Shown piece by piece: positions 19,708 to 30,096 of a DNA stretch of 64,000 nucleotides; the first letter of the stretch is position 1, and the number at the start of each line of letters is the position of its first letter. The notes under the pieces are model-generated. The model had not been told where the DNA came from and searched no databases. It saw nothing but the letters and a program-made list of their open reading frames with translations. The stretch lies in NCBI GenBank assembly GCA_021785175.1, contig JAJYGH010000041.1, positions 2,815 through 66,814 of the forward strand, in the 5' to 3' direction. The DNA is from Chloroflexota bacterium. Its GTDB lineage: Bacteria; Chloroflexota; Limnocylindria; Limnocylindrales; CSP1-4. The position numbers were made by a program, and so were the translations under genes.

Positions 19708-20733
19708 TCAGAGTCCCGACGTCGTCCAGCTCGATGGCGCCGATCCCTGGTCGACCGTGCTGTAGATCGTGTCGAAGCCGATCGCCCAGACGCTGGACGG
19801 GTCGAGCGCCGCGATCCCCGTGAGCGTCGTCGGCGCGCGGTACGCCACCGTCCACGTCGCGCCGTGGAGCGCCAGGATCTCGCCCGACTGCGCGACGGCC
19901 CAGACGTGCGTCGCGTCGATCCCGGTCACTGCGGTCAGCGGCAGGTGGACGTCGGCGGTCGCGCTCCAGGTCCGGCCATTCCAGCCGTAGATCGTCCCTT
20001 CCGTGCTGACCGCCCAGGCGTGCTCCGGGCCGGCGGCGTAGATCGCGGACAGCGGCTGTGTCGTGGTGGCCTGGACCGACCAGCTCGTGCCGTTCCACGC
20101 CACGATCACGCCGGATCCGTCGGGCAGCGATCCGACAGCCCAGGCGTGGGTCGCATCCGGCGCCGCGATCGCGCGCACGTCCGCGTCGGCTGCGGCGTAC
20201 TGGCGAACCCAGGACGTTCCGGTCCAGGTGCGGATCCCGGTCGGATCGCCCGCCCAGACGTGCCGGGCGTCGGACGCGGCGAGCGCCGTGACGGAACCGT
20301 CGTGGCTCGTGAGCGACCAGTGCGCGCCGTCCCAGTGCCGGATCCCGTCATCGCTCGATACCCAGACGTCGCGCGGGCTGACGGCGGCCATGGCTCCGAG
20401 GTCATCGTCGAGGCGCTGCACGTGCCATCCCGTGCCGTCCCAGGCGTAGATGCGCCCGTCCGACGCTGCGACCCAGACGTCCTGGGGCCCGAACACCCGG
20501 ACGCCGGTGAGCTCGAGGGACGGCGTGACCCACGCGACCTGCCATGGACCCGCCGGTGACTGCGCCCGTGCCACGGTCGCCAGCTCGTGCCCGACGGCCT
20601 CGGGACCTGCGGCGCGCGTCAGCGCGACGGCGGAGGCACATCCCGCGAGGACCGTGGCCGCCACGACGACGGCGGCCATCCGCGTCAGCCGAGTGGTGCG
20701 GCGCCCCCCGTCCCGCGGCCCCCGGAAGCGCAT
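19708..20733 (-). CDS. Lipoprotein with a seven-bladed beta-propeller built from Trp-containing repeats
   Basis: Signal peptide with lipobox (AATVLAGC). Seven repeats of 38-40 aa fit the pattern [AG]I.A.D..HxWAVG..G.I..W.GTSW (for example AIAAPDATHAWAVGSLPDG..., AIYAAGPEHAWAVSTEGTIYGWNGRTW). An alternative start is at MAAVVVAA (20679). Confidence 0.6.
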   Translation of the reverse strand: MRFRGPRDGGRRTTRLTRMAAVVVAATVLAGCASAVALTRAAGPEAVGHELATVARAQSPAGPWQVAWVTPSLELTGVRVFGPQDVWVAASDGRIYAWDGTGWHVQRLDDDLGAMAAVSPRDVWVSSDDGIRHWDGAHWSLTSHDGSVTALAASDARHVWAGDPTGIRTWTGTSWVRQYAAADADVRAIAAPDATHAWAVGSLPDGSGVIVAWNGTSWSVQATTTQPLSAIYAAGPEHAWAVSTEGTIYGWNGRTWSATADVHLPLTAVTGIDATHVWAVAQSGEILALHGATWTVAYRAPTTLTGIAALDPSSVWAIGFDTIYSTVDQGSAPSSWTTSGL

Positions 20734-21147
20734 CGCGTCCTCCTGTTCGCGCCGTCTCGAGCGTGCAACGAATCGGCCCGGGCGTTGGGGACGCGCTCAA
20801 CGTCCGGACGAACCGCAGCATAACGCGTCCGGGGAGCGAAAGCGAGACATGTGAAGAGCCAAACGGCTCGGTCCTGACGTATCGAACGGCCATGGCCACG
20901 TCCCTTGCGACTGGGCCGGATGGCCCGGTCGCGCGTCGAAGGTCGGGGGCCGTTGGGCCGCCATCCGGCTGCCGATCCGGGTGGGTCCCGCCGCCACCGG
21001 CCGTGGATCGAGACGACGTGTCTCCCCCGGCCGCCGCGCGCAACCACGTTTCACCGCGATGGCGCCAGGCGGCCCTGGTGCCGTCGATCCGATGTCGCGA
21101 TGCCGCCGACGCCACCGGCGCATCGGGAACCGTCGGCGAGTCGAGGC

Positions 21148-22218
21148 CTACAGCGCGTAGCGCAGACGCGCGTACGCCGGCTTGATGACGCCGCCGATGA
21201 GCGCGAGGCGCTCGTCGAAGTGGCAGAACGCGCTCTTCATCGCGTTCAGCGTGAGCCACTCGAGGTCGTCGAGATCGAGCCCGAAGGTCTGCGCCAGCAG
21301 GGCGAACTCGCCGGAGAGCGACACGCCGCTCATCAGCCGGTTGTCGGTGTTGACCGTCACGCGGAACCGGAGCCGCCGCAGCAGCTCGATCGGATGCTCC
21401 TCGATGCAGCGCGCAGCCCCGGTATGCACGTTCGACGACGGGCACATCTCGAGCGGGACCCGGCGGTCCCGGACATATGCGGCGAGCCGCCCGAGCACGG
21501 GCTCCCCGTCGGGTGAGGTCGAGATGTCGTCGACGATGCGGACTCCGTGCCCGAGCCGCTCGGCGCCGCACCACTGCAGCGCCTCCCAGATGGACGGCAG
21601 GCCGAAGCTCTCGCCGGCGTGGATCGTGATGTGGAAGTTCTCGCGCTGGATGTACTGGAACGCGTCGAGATGCCGCGTCGGCGGGAAGCCCGCCTCGGCG
21701 CCGGCGATGTCGAACCCGACCACGCCCTGGTCACGGTGGCGGACGGCGAGCTCCGCGATCTCGAGCGAGCGCGCCGCGGTCCGCATCGCCGTGGCGATGA
21801 ACCGGACCGTGATGCCGCGACCCTCGCTGCCTCGCCTGAAGCCCTCCAGGATTGCCTCCACGACCTCGTCGAGCGACAGGCCGCCGGCCGTGGACAGCTC
21901 CGGGGCGTGCCGGACCTCGGCGTACACGACACCGTCGGCTGCGAGGTCCTCCGCGCACTCGGCCGCCACGCGGATCAGCGCCTCGCGCGTCTGCATGACG
22001 GCGACCGTATGCGCGAACGTCTCGAGGTAGAGCTCGAGGCTCTTCCGGTCCGCCCCACGGCGGATGATGGTGGCAAGCTCGTCGGGATCGCTCGTGGGCA
22101 GCCCGCGGTACCCGACCTCGCGCGCGAGGTCGACAAGCGTCGCAGGCCTCAGCCCGCCGTCGAGGTGGTCGTGCAGGAGCACCTTTGGGGCGCGCCTGAT
22201 CGTATCGAGCGTGAGCAC
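21148..22218 (-). CDS. add: Adenosine deaminase
   Basis: LHDHLDG and FDIAGAE motifs, an HAGE-type His, and the SSNV...NTDN C-terminal region. 356 aa. Confidence 0.9.
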   Translation of the reverse strand: MLTLDTIRRAPKVLLHDHLDGGLRPATLVDLAREVGYRGLPTSDPDELATIIRRGADRKSLELYLETFAHTVAVMQTREALIRVAAECAEDLAADGVVYAEVRHAPELSTAGGLSLDEVVEAILEGFRRGSEGRGITVRFIATAMRTAARSLEIAELAVRHRDQGVVGFDIAGAEAGFPPTRHLDAFQYIQRENFHITIHAGESFGLPSIWEALQWCGAERLGHGVRIVDDISTSPDGEPVLGRLAAYVRDRRVPLEMCPSSNVHTGAARCIEEHPIELLRRLRFRVTVNTDNRLMSGVSLSGEFALLAQTFGLDLDDLEWLTLNAMKSAFCHFDERLALIGGVIKPAYARLRYAL

Positions 22219-22330
22219 CCCAAGAGCCTACATCCCGCGGACCGCGCTCCGTTGCCTGCCCGCGGGCCGAAGCGCCGCCCACGGTGAGGCCGCTCCGGGC
22301 CGACGGACGCTCCGGGCGCCCTCGCGGGTC

Positions 22331-22810
22331 TCAGGCGAGGGCCCCGCGGTCGACCACCGTGTTGACGATCGCGAGCACGACCATCTCCGCGATGGTCCAG
22401 CCGATCAGGGCGACGATGGCCGCCACGTCGAGGGTCGATCCGCCCGCGGACAGCGCGTTGGTGCGCAGGATGCCCACGAACGGCGCCACGAACAGCTGAC
22501 TGAGGTCGAGGACCCACGCGACGATCGGGTTGGCGCGCACCGCGTCGACGAGCAGCAGCACGATCCTGAGCAGGATCAGCAGCTGGATCAGGCCGAACAC
22601 GAGCACGACCAGTCGGTGGGCGAGGCTGGGTCCCGTGCGGACGACCGCGGGACGCGGCTCCGGCCGCTCGCGCACCTCCCGCTCGACGACTCGCGTGCCG
22701 CGGTATGGCTGGTCCGGGTACGACGGGCTCACGTTCGTCTCATCGTCCACGGTGTCCGGACCGTCGTACGGGTTCGTCACCGTCTGCCCCCCGCCGTCCT
22801 CATCGCGCAC
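22331..22810 (-). CDS. YggT-family membrane protein with disordered N-terminal region
   Basis: The C-terminal roughly 100 aa has two transmembrane helices with YggT-like spacing (LIQLLILLRIVLLLVD...VAPFVGILRTNALSAGGSTLDVAAIVALI). The N-terminal 50 aa is acidic and Pro-rich. Confidence 0.5.
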   Translation of the reverse strand: MRDEDGGGQTVTNPYDGPDTVDDETNVSPSYPDQPYRGTRVVEREVRERPEPRPAVVRTGPSLAHRLVVLVFGLIQLLILLRIVLLLVDAVRANPIVAWVLDLSQLFVAPFVGILRTNALSAGGSTLDVAAIVALIGWTIAEMVVLAIVNTVVDRGALA

Positions 22811-22882
22811 CTCCTTCAGCAGGAACCGCTCGGTTCCCTGGCACCGAGACTGCCCTCGGCGTGCGTCGGGCGTCGGCGGCCG

Positions 22883-23083
22883 TCAGCCCTGCATCGACCC
22901 CGATGACGCCGACGACGACCCGGCGGCGCCGTGCATCGACCGCGTCGTCTGGTCGATGTTCCGGACGGCCTGGTCGAGTGACTGACCGTTCGCGCGCGCC
23001 GCGCGCTCGAGGTCCTCCCGCGTGATGTTGTCCGGGCTGCCGTGCCGATCATCCGGCTTCCCGCACCCGCAATTCATGCACAT
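22883..23083 (-). CDS. Hypothetical 66-aa protein with N-terminal MCMNCGCGK cysteine cluster
   Basis: Strong RBS (AAAGGAGACAC, 7 nt from the ATG). CxxCxC at residues 2-7. It lies 73 nt upstream of, and on the same strand as, the YggT-like gene. Confidence 0.4.
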   Translation of the reverse strand: MCMNCGCGKPDDRHGSPDNITREDLERAARANGQSLDQAVRNIDQTTRSMHGAAGSSSASSGSMQG

Positions 23084-23677
23084 GAGCCGGTGTCTCCTTT
23101 TCCCGCCGGTCCCGTCCGGGCCCCGGTTCCGCGAGGGAACCGCCGTCAGCCCGAGACCGCACCGTGACGGTACCCGCGACGATCGCCGGTCCGGGGTGAC
23201 GCCCGCGCGCCTCGCCTAACGCAACGGTTGCAGTGCGGCGACAGCGGCCCTCTCGACGGCGCGAGCAGGACGTTCGGCCGCATCCGGTCACGCGTCATCG
23301 ACCGCTCGCGGACGCCTCCCGCGACATGCAACAGGGCTGCAAGCGAGCCGGCGAGCGAGCCGCGACCGCCGCCACTCCGGACCCCGTACAAGTGGAGCAG
23401 CCCGCGTTGGGCCTCGGCCCACGGGTCCCGCGGCGTCCGAGCGACCGGACGGGACGCGCCGGTCGCCGGGCTGCCAGGAGGTTTCGGAGTGGCTTCGCGC
23501 GCCCTCGCCGCCCCCGGTGCTCGCTCGCGCACTCTGACGCCGAGCGCGCACCCGATCCCTCGTTCGGCACCCCGGTCCGGTGACCGGCCCAACCATGCAG
23601 CGATCCGCTCGGGCCACGGGCCCGTCCATTCGACCCTGCGACCGGACCACCGGCTCGGTGTGCCCGTGCCGCGCCGC

Positions 23678-24655
23678 GTGGCCGTCGTCCGGGCGCTGCC
23701 GGGGCTCGGCGACATGCTGTGCCTCGTTCCCGCGCTCCGCGCCCTTCGGGCTGCGCTCCCGGAGGCGTACGTCACGCTCGTCGGCCTCGAGAGCGGCCGG
23801 CTGTTGCTCGAGCGTTTCCCCGAGTACCTCGACGACCTCCTGGTGCTGCCGGGCGGCCTCGACGAGTTCGCGTCGGGCCGGCAGGACATCCCCGCGTTCC
23901 TCGCTGAGGCCGCCGAGCGGTCGTTCGACCTCGCCGTCCAGCTCCACGGGAGCAGCTCGATCAGCAATGGCCTCACGCTGCTCCTCGGCGCGCGGATGCG
24001 CGCGGGGACGTACCCGACAGGCAGCTTCTGCCCGGACCCGGCGCGGTTCGTCCCGCTCGCGGCCAACCTGCCCGAGACCCGCCGCCTCCTTCGCGTGCTC
24101 GACGTCCTGGGGATCCCCGCGCAGGGCGACGATCTCGAGTTCCCCGTCACCGACGAGGATCGCTCGGCGCTGGCCTCGATCCCCGCCGCGCGGCCCCTGC
24201 AGCCCGGCCGGTACGTCGTCGTGCATCCCGGATCGAGCAGCCCCGAGCGCCGCTGGTCGCCGCACCACTTCGCGATCATGGTGAACCTGCTCGGCGCGCT
24301 GCGTCTCCCGGTGGTGCTGACCGGCACCGCCGGCGAGGCGCCGATCGTGCGGGAGGTCGCGGGCGGGACGCGGACCGAGACGATCGACCTTGCCGGGCAG
24401 ACGGCCGTCGGCTCGCTCGCCGCGCTGGTCGAGGGCGCGCGGCTCGTGCTCTGCAACGACACCGGGATCTCGCACCTCGCCGCGGCCCTGCGGGTCCCGA
24501 GCGTGGTCGTGTTCACCGGCTCCGAGCCCGAGCGGTGGGCGCCGCCGGACGATGGCCTCCACCGGGCCGTCCATCCGTCGCCCGGACTCGACGGCGTCGA
24601 GGACGTGCTCTCCGCCACCCTGTCCCTGCTGGCGGGGGAGCGGCGTGCGGCCTGA
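23678..24655 (+). CDS. Glycosyltransferase family 9 (heptosyltransferase-like)
   Basis: N-terminus VAVVRALPGLGDMLCLVPALRAL and C-terminus LVLCNDTGISHLAAAL...VVVFTGSEP (GT9). The start is uncertain: in-frame GTGs at 23660, 23666 and 23678. Confidence 0.7.
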   Translation: MAVVRALPGLGDMLCLVPALRALRAALPEAYVTLVGLESGRLLLERFPEYLDDLLVLPGGLDEFASGRQDIPAFLAEAAERSFDLAVQLHGSSSISNGLTLLLGARMRAGTYPTGSFCPDPARFVPLAANLPETRRLLRVLDVLGIPAQGDDLEFPVTDEDRSALASIPAARPLQPGRYVVVHPGSSSPERRWSPHHFAIMVNLLGALRLPVVLTGTAGEAPIVREVAGGTRTETIDLAGQTAVGSLAALVEGARLVLCNDTGISHLAAALRVPSVVVFTGSEPERWAPPDDGLHRAVHPSPGLDGVEDVLSATLSLLAGERRAA

Positions 24656-24683
24656 CACCGCGATCGCGACCGGCCCCGGCACG

Positions 24684-25028
24684 ATGCGACCCGTCGCCGC
24701 GCCCGATCCCCTCGTCCCCGAGGCCTGGCGCGGCATCCGGCGCGTGCTCGTCGTCCGGCTCGCCAACCTCGGCGACGTCCTGATGACCGGCCCCGTGCTG
24801 CGGACCCTCCGCGAGTCGATTCCCGGCGCCCACCTGACGCTGATGGCCTCGCCCGCCGGCGAGGACGTGCTCGCGCAGCTGCGCGTGATGGCGCGCCGTG
24901 GCGGATGCGCGGTCATGCCGTCGGAGGCCTGCCACCAGGAGCTGGAGACGACCGTGCCGGACCGGACGGTCGATGCGCCATGGGCGCTGTCGGACGAGCT
25001 CCCCCGCGCGGCGGGAGCGCCGCGCTGA
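24684..25028 (+). pseudogene. Truncated second GT9 N-terminal fragment
   Basis: RRVLVVRLANLGDVLMTGPVLRTLRESIPGAHLTLMASPAGEDVL duplicates the GT9 N-terminal motif of the upstream gene. Similarity ends after about 70 aa and no other frame continues it. Confidence 0.4.
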
Positions 25029-25448
25029 TGGCCCGCGACGGGTTTCCGCACGCGCTCGCCGAGTGGTGGCGCAGACGGGCACACCACCGCGGCGAGACCG
25101 CGCATCGGGTCGTGCGGGGCGAGGAGCAGGCCTCGTGGCAGCCCAGGGCCTGGAAGTACCTCGAGTGCGGCTGCCCGGCGGCGACCGGCTGCCGCGGGCA
25201 CGGGCCGCGGGCAGGGCCCTCGATCGGGGATTCGGGCGGATGAACGGCGAGCGCGAGCCGGCGGTGGACGGGGACATGGCGACGGACGCGTCCAGCCGCT
25301 GACCGAGACCACGCACGGCTGCGCCCGCTGCTCGACGAGCTCGACCGGCGGAGGGTGAGGACCGGCGGGCCGGGTTCGAGGAGGTCCACAGCACGCGTGC
25401 GGCCCACGAGATCGTCGAGGAGAAGGCGTTCGCCTCCGCCCCGCGGCG

Positions 25449-27416
25449 TCATGACAGCCGAGGCAGCTCCTGTCCCTCGCCGAGCACGCCCCGGAACAGA
25501 TCGCCGCGCGCCGCCAGCCGCTCGCCGATCGTCTCGATCGTCCAGCGGTCCGGTCGGAGCTCCGGGTCGTCGAGCTCGTCCCAGCTGATCGGGGCGGACA
25601 CGCTCGCGTTCGGCCGCGCCCGCACCACGTAGGGCCCGACGAGTGTCTTGTTGACGGCGTTCTGCGTGTAGTCGAGCCGGGCGAGCCCGCCGCGGGCCGA
25701 CTTCTCCCACTCCCAGCTGACGAGCTCCGGCACCGACGCCGCCACCGCCCGTGAGACCCGCTCCACCCAGTCGCGTGTCTGGTCGAAGGTGTAGACCGGT
25801 CGCACCGGGATCCAGACCTGGATCCCGCGCCTGCCGGTCGTCTTCGGATAGCCGGTCACGCCGAGGTGCCGGAGGGCGTCCCTGTACAGACGGGCCAGCA
25901 GGAGCGTGTCCTCCCATGCCGTCAGCTCTCCCGGGTCGATGTCGATCAGCGCGTACGTCGGGCGCCCGGGCGCATCGGCCAGCGACGTCCACGGGTGGAT
26001 CTCGATCGCCGCCTGGTTCGCGAGCCACGCGAGCGTCGCGACGGAATCCGCGACCACGTACGTGTGCGAATCCTCCGCGGTGTGCCCGGCGATGAAGCGT
26101 CGGCCGACCCACGACGGCGCCCAATGGGGAATCTCCTTCTGCCAGAAGTGCGGCCCGTCGACGCCCTCCGGCCAGCGGGACAGGTTCAGCGCGCGCCCGG
26201 CGAGGTAGGGGAGGAGGATCGGGGCGATCGTCGCGTAGTAGCCGATCAAGGCGCGCTTGGTCAGGCCCGCGGCCGGGAACAGCACGCGGTCGAGGTGAGT
26301 GAGCGAGACGGTGCTCCCGGAGACCTCCCAGCGACCGCCGCGAGCCGGCATCGCCTCGAGCGCGGCGAGTTCCTCCGGGGTGGCGGGCGCGAAGTCGGGG
26401 TGCGGGGTGCCGGGCGGACGAGGCCTCCGCGACGATGCCGGCGCGTCGTGCTCCGCGCCCCGCCGGGCGTCTCGTTCCGCCGCGGCCCGCGCGTCCCGCA
26501 CCGGGCGCTCGCGCGTCACCGTCGTCGGGTCGTGGTCCAGTTCGAGCCCCTTGTAGGCCGCCTGGCGCACCAGCCCGTCGGTCGTCCACTCGGCGAACTC
26601 GACGCGGATCACGAGCCGCGGCTCGACCCAATGCGCCTCCGGCATTCGGGGAGGGTCGGCGAACGCCGGCTCCGGTCGACGCAGCGCGGTCAGCCGCACT
26701 CGCGGACCGCCTCGAAGAACGCCTCGCCATCGGCCTCGACGTGGCCGGCGTACCGCACGAGCGCGTGCTCCCGCAGCACGCCCCGCAGCAGCCGCTTCCG
26801 GCCCTCGAGCGGGACGTCGAGCAGCGACCGGCCGTCGAGGTACAGCAGGTCGAACACGTGGTACGCGATCGGGATCGCGTCACGCGCCCGGGCGGTCACG
26901 CCCGCCGCCTCCAGCCGCCCGGATCCCGGCCCCTTCAGGCCGGTCACGTCCTGGAGCAGGCTGAAATCGGCCGTGCCGTCGGGCCGCAGCGCGACCACCT
27001 CGCCGTCGACGATCGCCTCGGTCGCCGAGATCCACGACGGTGGAGCCGCGAGACGCGGGAAGTACCCCGCCGCGTCCGAAGTACTCGAGCGGGTGGTCCT
27101 CGACGTGGACGGCCATCCGGCGCGCACCCGGGTCGAGCGTCGGGCCTCGCGGCACGGCCCAGCTGGCGAGGACGCCGTCGATCTCCAGGCGGAGGTCGTA
27201 GTGGAGGCGGCGTGCACGGTGGCGCTGGACGACGAACCGGAGCCGCGGCTCACCCGGGCCGACGCCCTCGGTCCGGGCCGCAGGCGCCGGCGGCGCGAGG
27301 GCCGGGGCCGGAGCGGGCGGCGCATCGGGCCCCGGTGTCTTCGCCGGATCAGCCGTCCCATCGGGCTCTGGCGTCCTCGCGAAGTCGCGCTTGCGCCGAT
27401 ACCGCTCGAGCGACAC
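25449..27416 (-). pseudogene. ligD: Degraded ATP-dependent DNA ligase LigD (PE-Lig-Pol order) with two internal out-of-frame deletions; Pol domain intact
   Basis: Three collinear frames were read. (a) 27416 to about 27010: 3'-phosphoesterase N-terminal part (YRRKRDF..TPEP...[30 protein letters not shown]...VEDHPLEY). (b) About 27080 to 26690: ligase motif III/IIIa region only (IVDGEVVAL...YHVFDLLYLDGRSLLDVPLEGRKRL...EAFFEAVRECG, then stop). Motif I (KxDG), motifs IV/V and the OB fold are missing. (c) 26699 to 25449: OB-fold tail (HWVEPRLVIRVEFAEWTTDG) plus a complete about 300-aa primase-polymerase domain. An internal Met at 26351 (MPARGGRWEVSG) could give a stand-alone Pol protein. Confidence 0.6.
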
Positions 27417-27461
27417 GTCAGACCGTCGTCGCCTGGCGGGCGACCGTCGCTGCCGGGTCCG

Positions 27462-27929
27462 TCAGAACCGGGCGTCGTATGCGAGCGTCAGCAGGAATGC
27501 GCTGTCCTCGTCAGCCTTGAACGACCACGGCTCGCCGCTCGCGACGAGTACCATCTGGCCTTCGCCGAGGCGGTCCTCGAGGCTGCCGGAGGCGAAGCGT
27601 CCGTGCCCCTGGATCACCTGGAGGCTGAGCGCGCCGTCGGCCTCGCCATCGCCGACCTCGATCCCCTCCTTTGCGGCAACGAGCACGACGCGCAGGTCGT
27701 CCTCCTTGGCGAGCGTGCGGGCGTTCCGGCCGTTGATCCCGTAGTCGCCCTCCTGGCGGAGACGTGACAGCTCCTGGTCGATGTCGAACGTCATCACCGC
27801 GCCTGCGAGCCGCCGTGCCTCGCGCGTGTCGGACCCGGCGACGGTCGGCACGCCGTTGTCCCGCGTCTGCGCCGCGCTCGATGTCGTCCGCTTGCCCTCC
27901 ATCGCCATCCGGGCTTCGCGCTCTTCCAT
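27462..27929 (-). CDS. Cupin-domain protein
   Basis: Beta-barrel pattern (RVVLVAAKEGIEV...ALSLQVIQGHGRF...GEGQMVLVASGEPWSFKA). GGGAGGAG RBS 5 nt before the ATG at 27929. The track ORF starts further upstream at 28001. Confidence 0.55.
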   Translation of the reverse strand: MEEREARMAMEGKRTTSSAAQTRDNGVPTVAGSDTREARRLAGAVMTFDIDQELSRLRQEGDYGINGRNARTLAKEDDLRVVLVAAKEGIEVGDGEADGALSLQVIQGHGRFASGSLEDRLGEGQMVLVASGEPWSFKADEDSAFLLTLAYDARF

Positions 27930-28297
27930 CGGCTCCTCCCTGTGCTGCTGCGCGGACGCTACGCCCGCCGCCGCTGTGCCCGGAGGAGGCGCGGCGGGCA
28001 CCGGCTATCACATCCGTTGCACCCCGGAGGGCGAGCCGTCGCGACGGCGGGCGGACAGGGCGGGCGGGCAGCGTGGCGCGAGGGATCGTTCCGCGTGAGG
28101 CTCGGTTTCGGGGCGGCGCCGGCACATGCCCCTTGGTATGGATCTGTTACCGGCCCCCTCGCTCGGCGGGCTTTTCGTCGACATCCGGCCCGGATACTCT
28201 GTGGCCGATCGGCCACGCGTTTGATCCTGCAACGCGGTCGTCCCGGGCATGGCTTCGTGTCGTGCGGCCGCTCATCTTCGAGGAGGAATCGGGGATC

Positions 28298-29173
28298 GTG
28301 CCACCGCGCCCCCAGCGCGCCTCGCGGCCCGCCCGACGCGTGCCCTTCTCTGCGCGGCTCGCCCGATCCGTCGCCGGCCTCGCCGTCCTTGCCGCGCTCG
28401 GCGGCGTCGCCCTGCTCGGGCTCGCCGGGAGCGGATTCGCGGCGGGCCAGAGCGCGGGATCGGGCGCGTCGGCGGCCGCGTCCGGCGTCTCGGTCCAGTC
28501 TGGGGCCGACCTCTCCGCCGGCCGGGAGCTGTACATGCAGACGTGCGCCGCCTGCCACGGCGTCCAGGGCCAGGGCGTGCCGCGCCAGGGTCCGACGCTG
28601 CAGGGCCAGGGAGCCGCGGGCACGGCGTTCGCGCTGTACACGGGCCGCATGCCCTTTCCGGAGAACGGCGTCCCATCCCAGCCGCGCGACAAGCCGATCC
28701 TGACGCAGGCCCAGATCCAGCTGCTCGTCAACTACGTCGCCCACATCGCTCCCGGGCCGACCATCCCGCCCGTCGACACGTCCGGCGCGGACATCGCCGC
28801 CGGCCGCCAGCTCTTCATCAACAACTGCGCCGCATGCCACGGGCCGGACGCCGCGGGTGGCGCCATCGGCGGGCCGGGCCAGCAGAACGGCTTCCCCGGG
28901 GTCTTCATCGCGCCGAGCCTCCACAGCGCGACCGCGCAGACCATCGGCGAGGCCGTCGTGACGGGACCGGGCCCCATGCCGAAGTTCAACTTCCCGCTCA
29001 AGCAGATCGACGAGATCGCCGCGTACATCAAGTACCTGCAGTCGGCGCCGTCCCCCGGTGGTGATGCGCTCGGCGGGCTCGGGCCCGTGCCCGAGGGCTA
29101 CGTCGCGGTGGCCATCGGCCTGGTGCTGATCCTGCTGTTCGCGCGCCTCATCTCGCGGAGGCCACTCGAGTGA
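28298..29173 (+). CDS. qcrC: Cytochrome bc1 complex diheme cytochrome c subunit
   Basis: Two CxxCH motifs (CAACHGVQG and CAACHGPDA), an N-terminal signal/TM and a C-terminal TM anchor. GTG start with GAGGAGG upstream; the start is uncertain. Confidence 0.85.
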   Translation: MPPRPQRASRPARRVPFSARLARSVAGLAVLAALGGVALLGLAGSGFAAGQSAGSGASAAASGVSVQSGADLSAGRELYMQTCAACHGVQGQGVPRQGPTLQGQGAAGTAFALYTGRMPFPENGVPSQPRDKPILTQAQIQLLVNYVAHIAPGPTIPPVDTSGADIAAGRQLFINNCAACHGPDAAGGAIGGPGQQNGFPGVFIAPSLHSATAQTIGEAVVTGPGPMPKFNFPLKQIDEIAAYIKYLQSAPSPGGDALGGLGPVPEGYVAVAIGLVLILLFARLISRRPLE

Positions 29174-30096
29174 CCGCCGGAATGGAGCGTGACCCCGACC
29201 GTGCGTACGGCGGCCCGCGCACCGTCCGGCCGACCACCACGACGGAGCGGCGCGCAGAGGTCTTCGTCGGTCTCCTGTTCATCGCCACGATCCTCGCGGC
29301 GCTCGGGCTGATCGTCTCGTACATCATCGGCGCCAACACCCAGGTCGACGGCGTCCTGCTCGCGGTCGCGTTCGCCGGCCTCGGCGGCGCGATCGTGGTC
29401 TGGGTGCAGTACCTCATGCACACCCCGACGATGATCGAGGCGCGCCACCCGATCCAGCCCAACCCCGCGGCGGACGTGTCCCCGGGGCAGGTCGCGATGC
29501 GCGAGGCCGAGTCCGGCTTCACGCGGCGCCGCATGCTCATCGGGATGCTCTTCGCGTCGGTGGGCGGCCTTGTCACGGCGATCGCCGTGCCCCTCTTCTC
29601 GCTGGGCCCGCTGCCCGGCCGCGCGCTGTTCGTGACCAAGTGGAAGAAGGGCTCGCGGGTGGTCGACGTGAACGGCAACCTCGTCCACGCCAGCCAGATC
29701 CCGATCAACGGCATCATGACGGTGTTTCCGGAAGGAGCCCCGGGCGACGCGATGTCGCAGACGGTGCTCCTCAACGTCGGCCCCGGGCTGCTCCAGCTGC
29801 CGGCTGACCGCGCCAGCTGGGCGCCGCAGGGTTTCGTCGCCTACTCGAAGCTGTGCACCCACGCGGGCTGCCCCGTGGGGTTGTTCCGGGCCACGGAGCA
29901 CGACCTCATGTGCCCCTGCCACCAGTCCACGTTCGACGTGCTGGATGGAGCCCAGGTGACCTTTGGGCCGGCCCCGCGACCGCTCCCGCAACTGCCGATC
30001 CAGCTCCAGCCCGACGGCACGTTCGTGGCCCTCGGCGGCTTCCCGGAGCCGGTCGGGCCCGCGTTCTGGAATCAGACCAGCGGAGGTGGCGCATGA
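29170..30096 (+). CDS. qcrA: Cytochrome bc1 complex Rieske iron-sulfur subunit
   Basis: CTHAGC...CPCHQSTF Rieske boxes and three N-terminal TM helices. The GTG start overlaps the qcrC stop; an alternative ATG is at 29182. Confidence 0.85.
   Translation: MTAGMERDPDRAYGGPRTVRPTTTTERRAEVFVGLLFIATILAALGLIVSYIIGANTQVDGVLLAVAFAGLGGAIVVWVQYLMHTPTMIEARHPIQPNPAADVSPGQVAMREAESGFTRRRMLIGMLFASVGGLVTAIAVPLFSLGPLPGRALFVTKWKKGSRVVDVNGNLVHASQIPINGIMTVFPEGAPGDAMSQTVLLNVGPGLLQLPADRASWAPQGFVAYSKLCTHAGCPVGLFRATEHDLMCPCHQSTFDVLDGAQVTFGPAPRPLPQLPIQLQPDGTFVALGGFPEPVGPAFWNQTSGGGA

Noticed and set aside
20402-21574. 390-aa minus-strand ORF
   Set aside because: It is Arg/Ala/Pro-rich with no motifs and overlaps the well-supported adenosine deaminase frame.
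24913-26883. 656-aa minus-strand ORF across the LigD region
   Set aside because: It is an alternate frame relative to the frames that carry the recognisable LigD Pol and ligase motifs.
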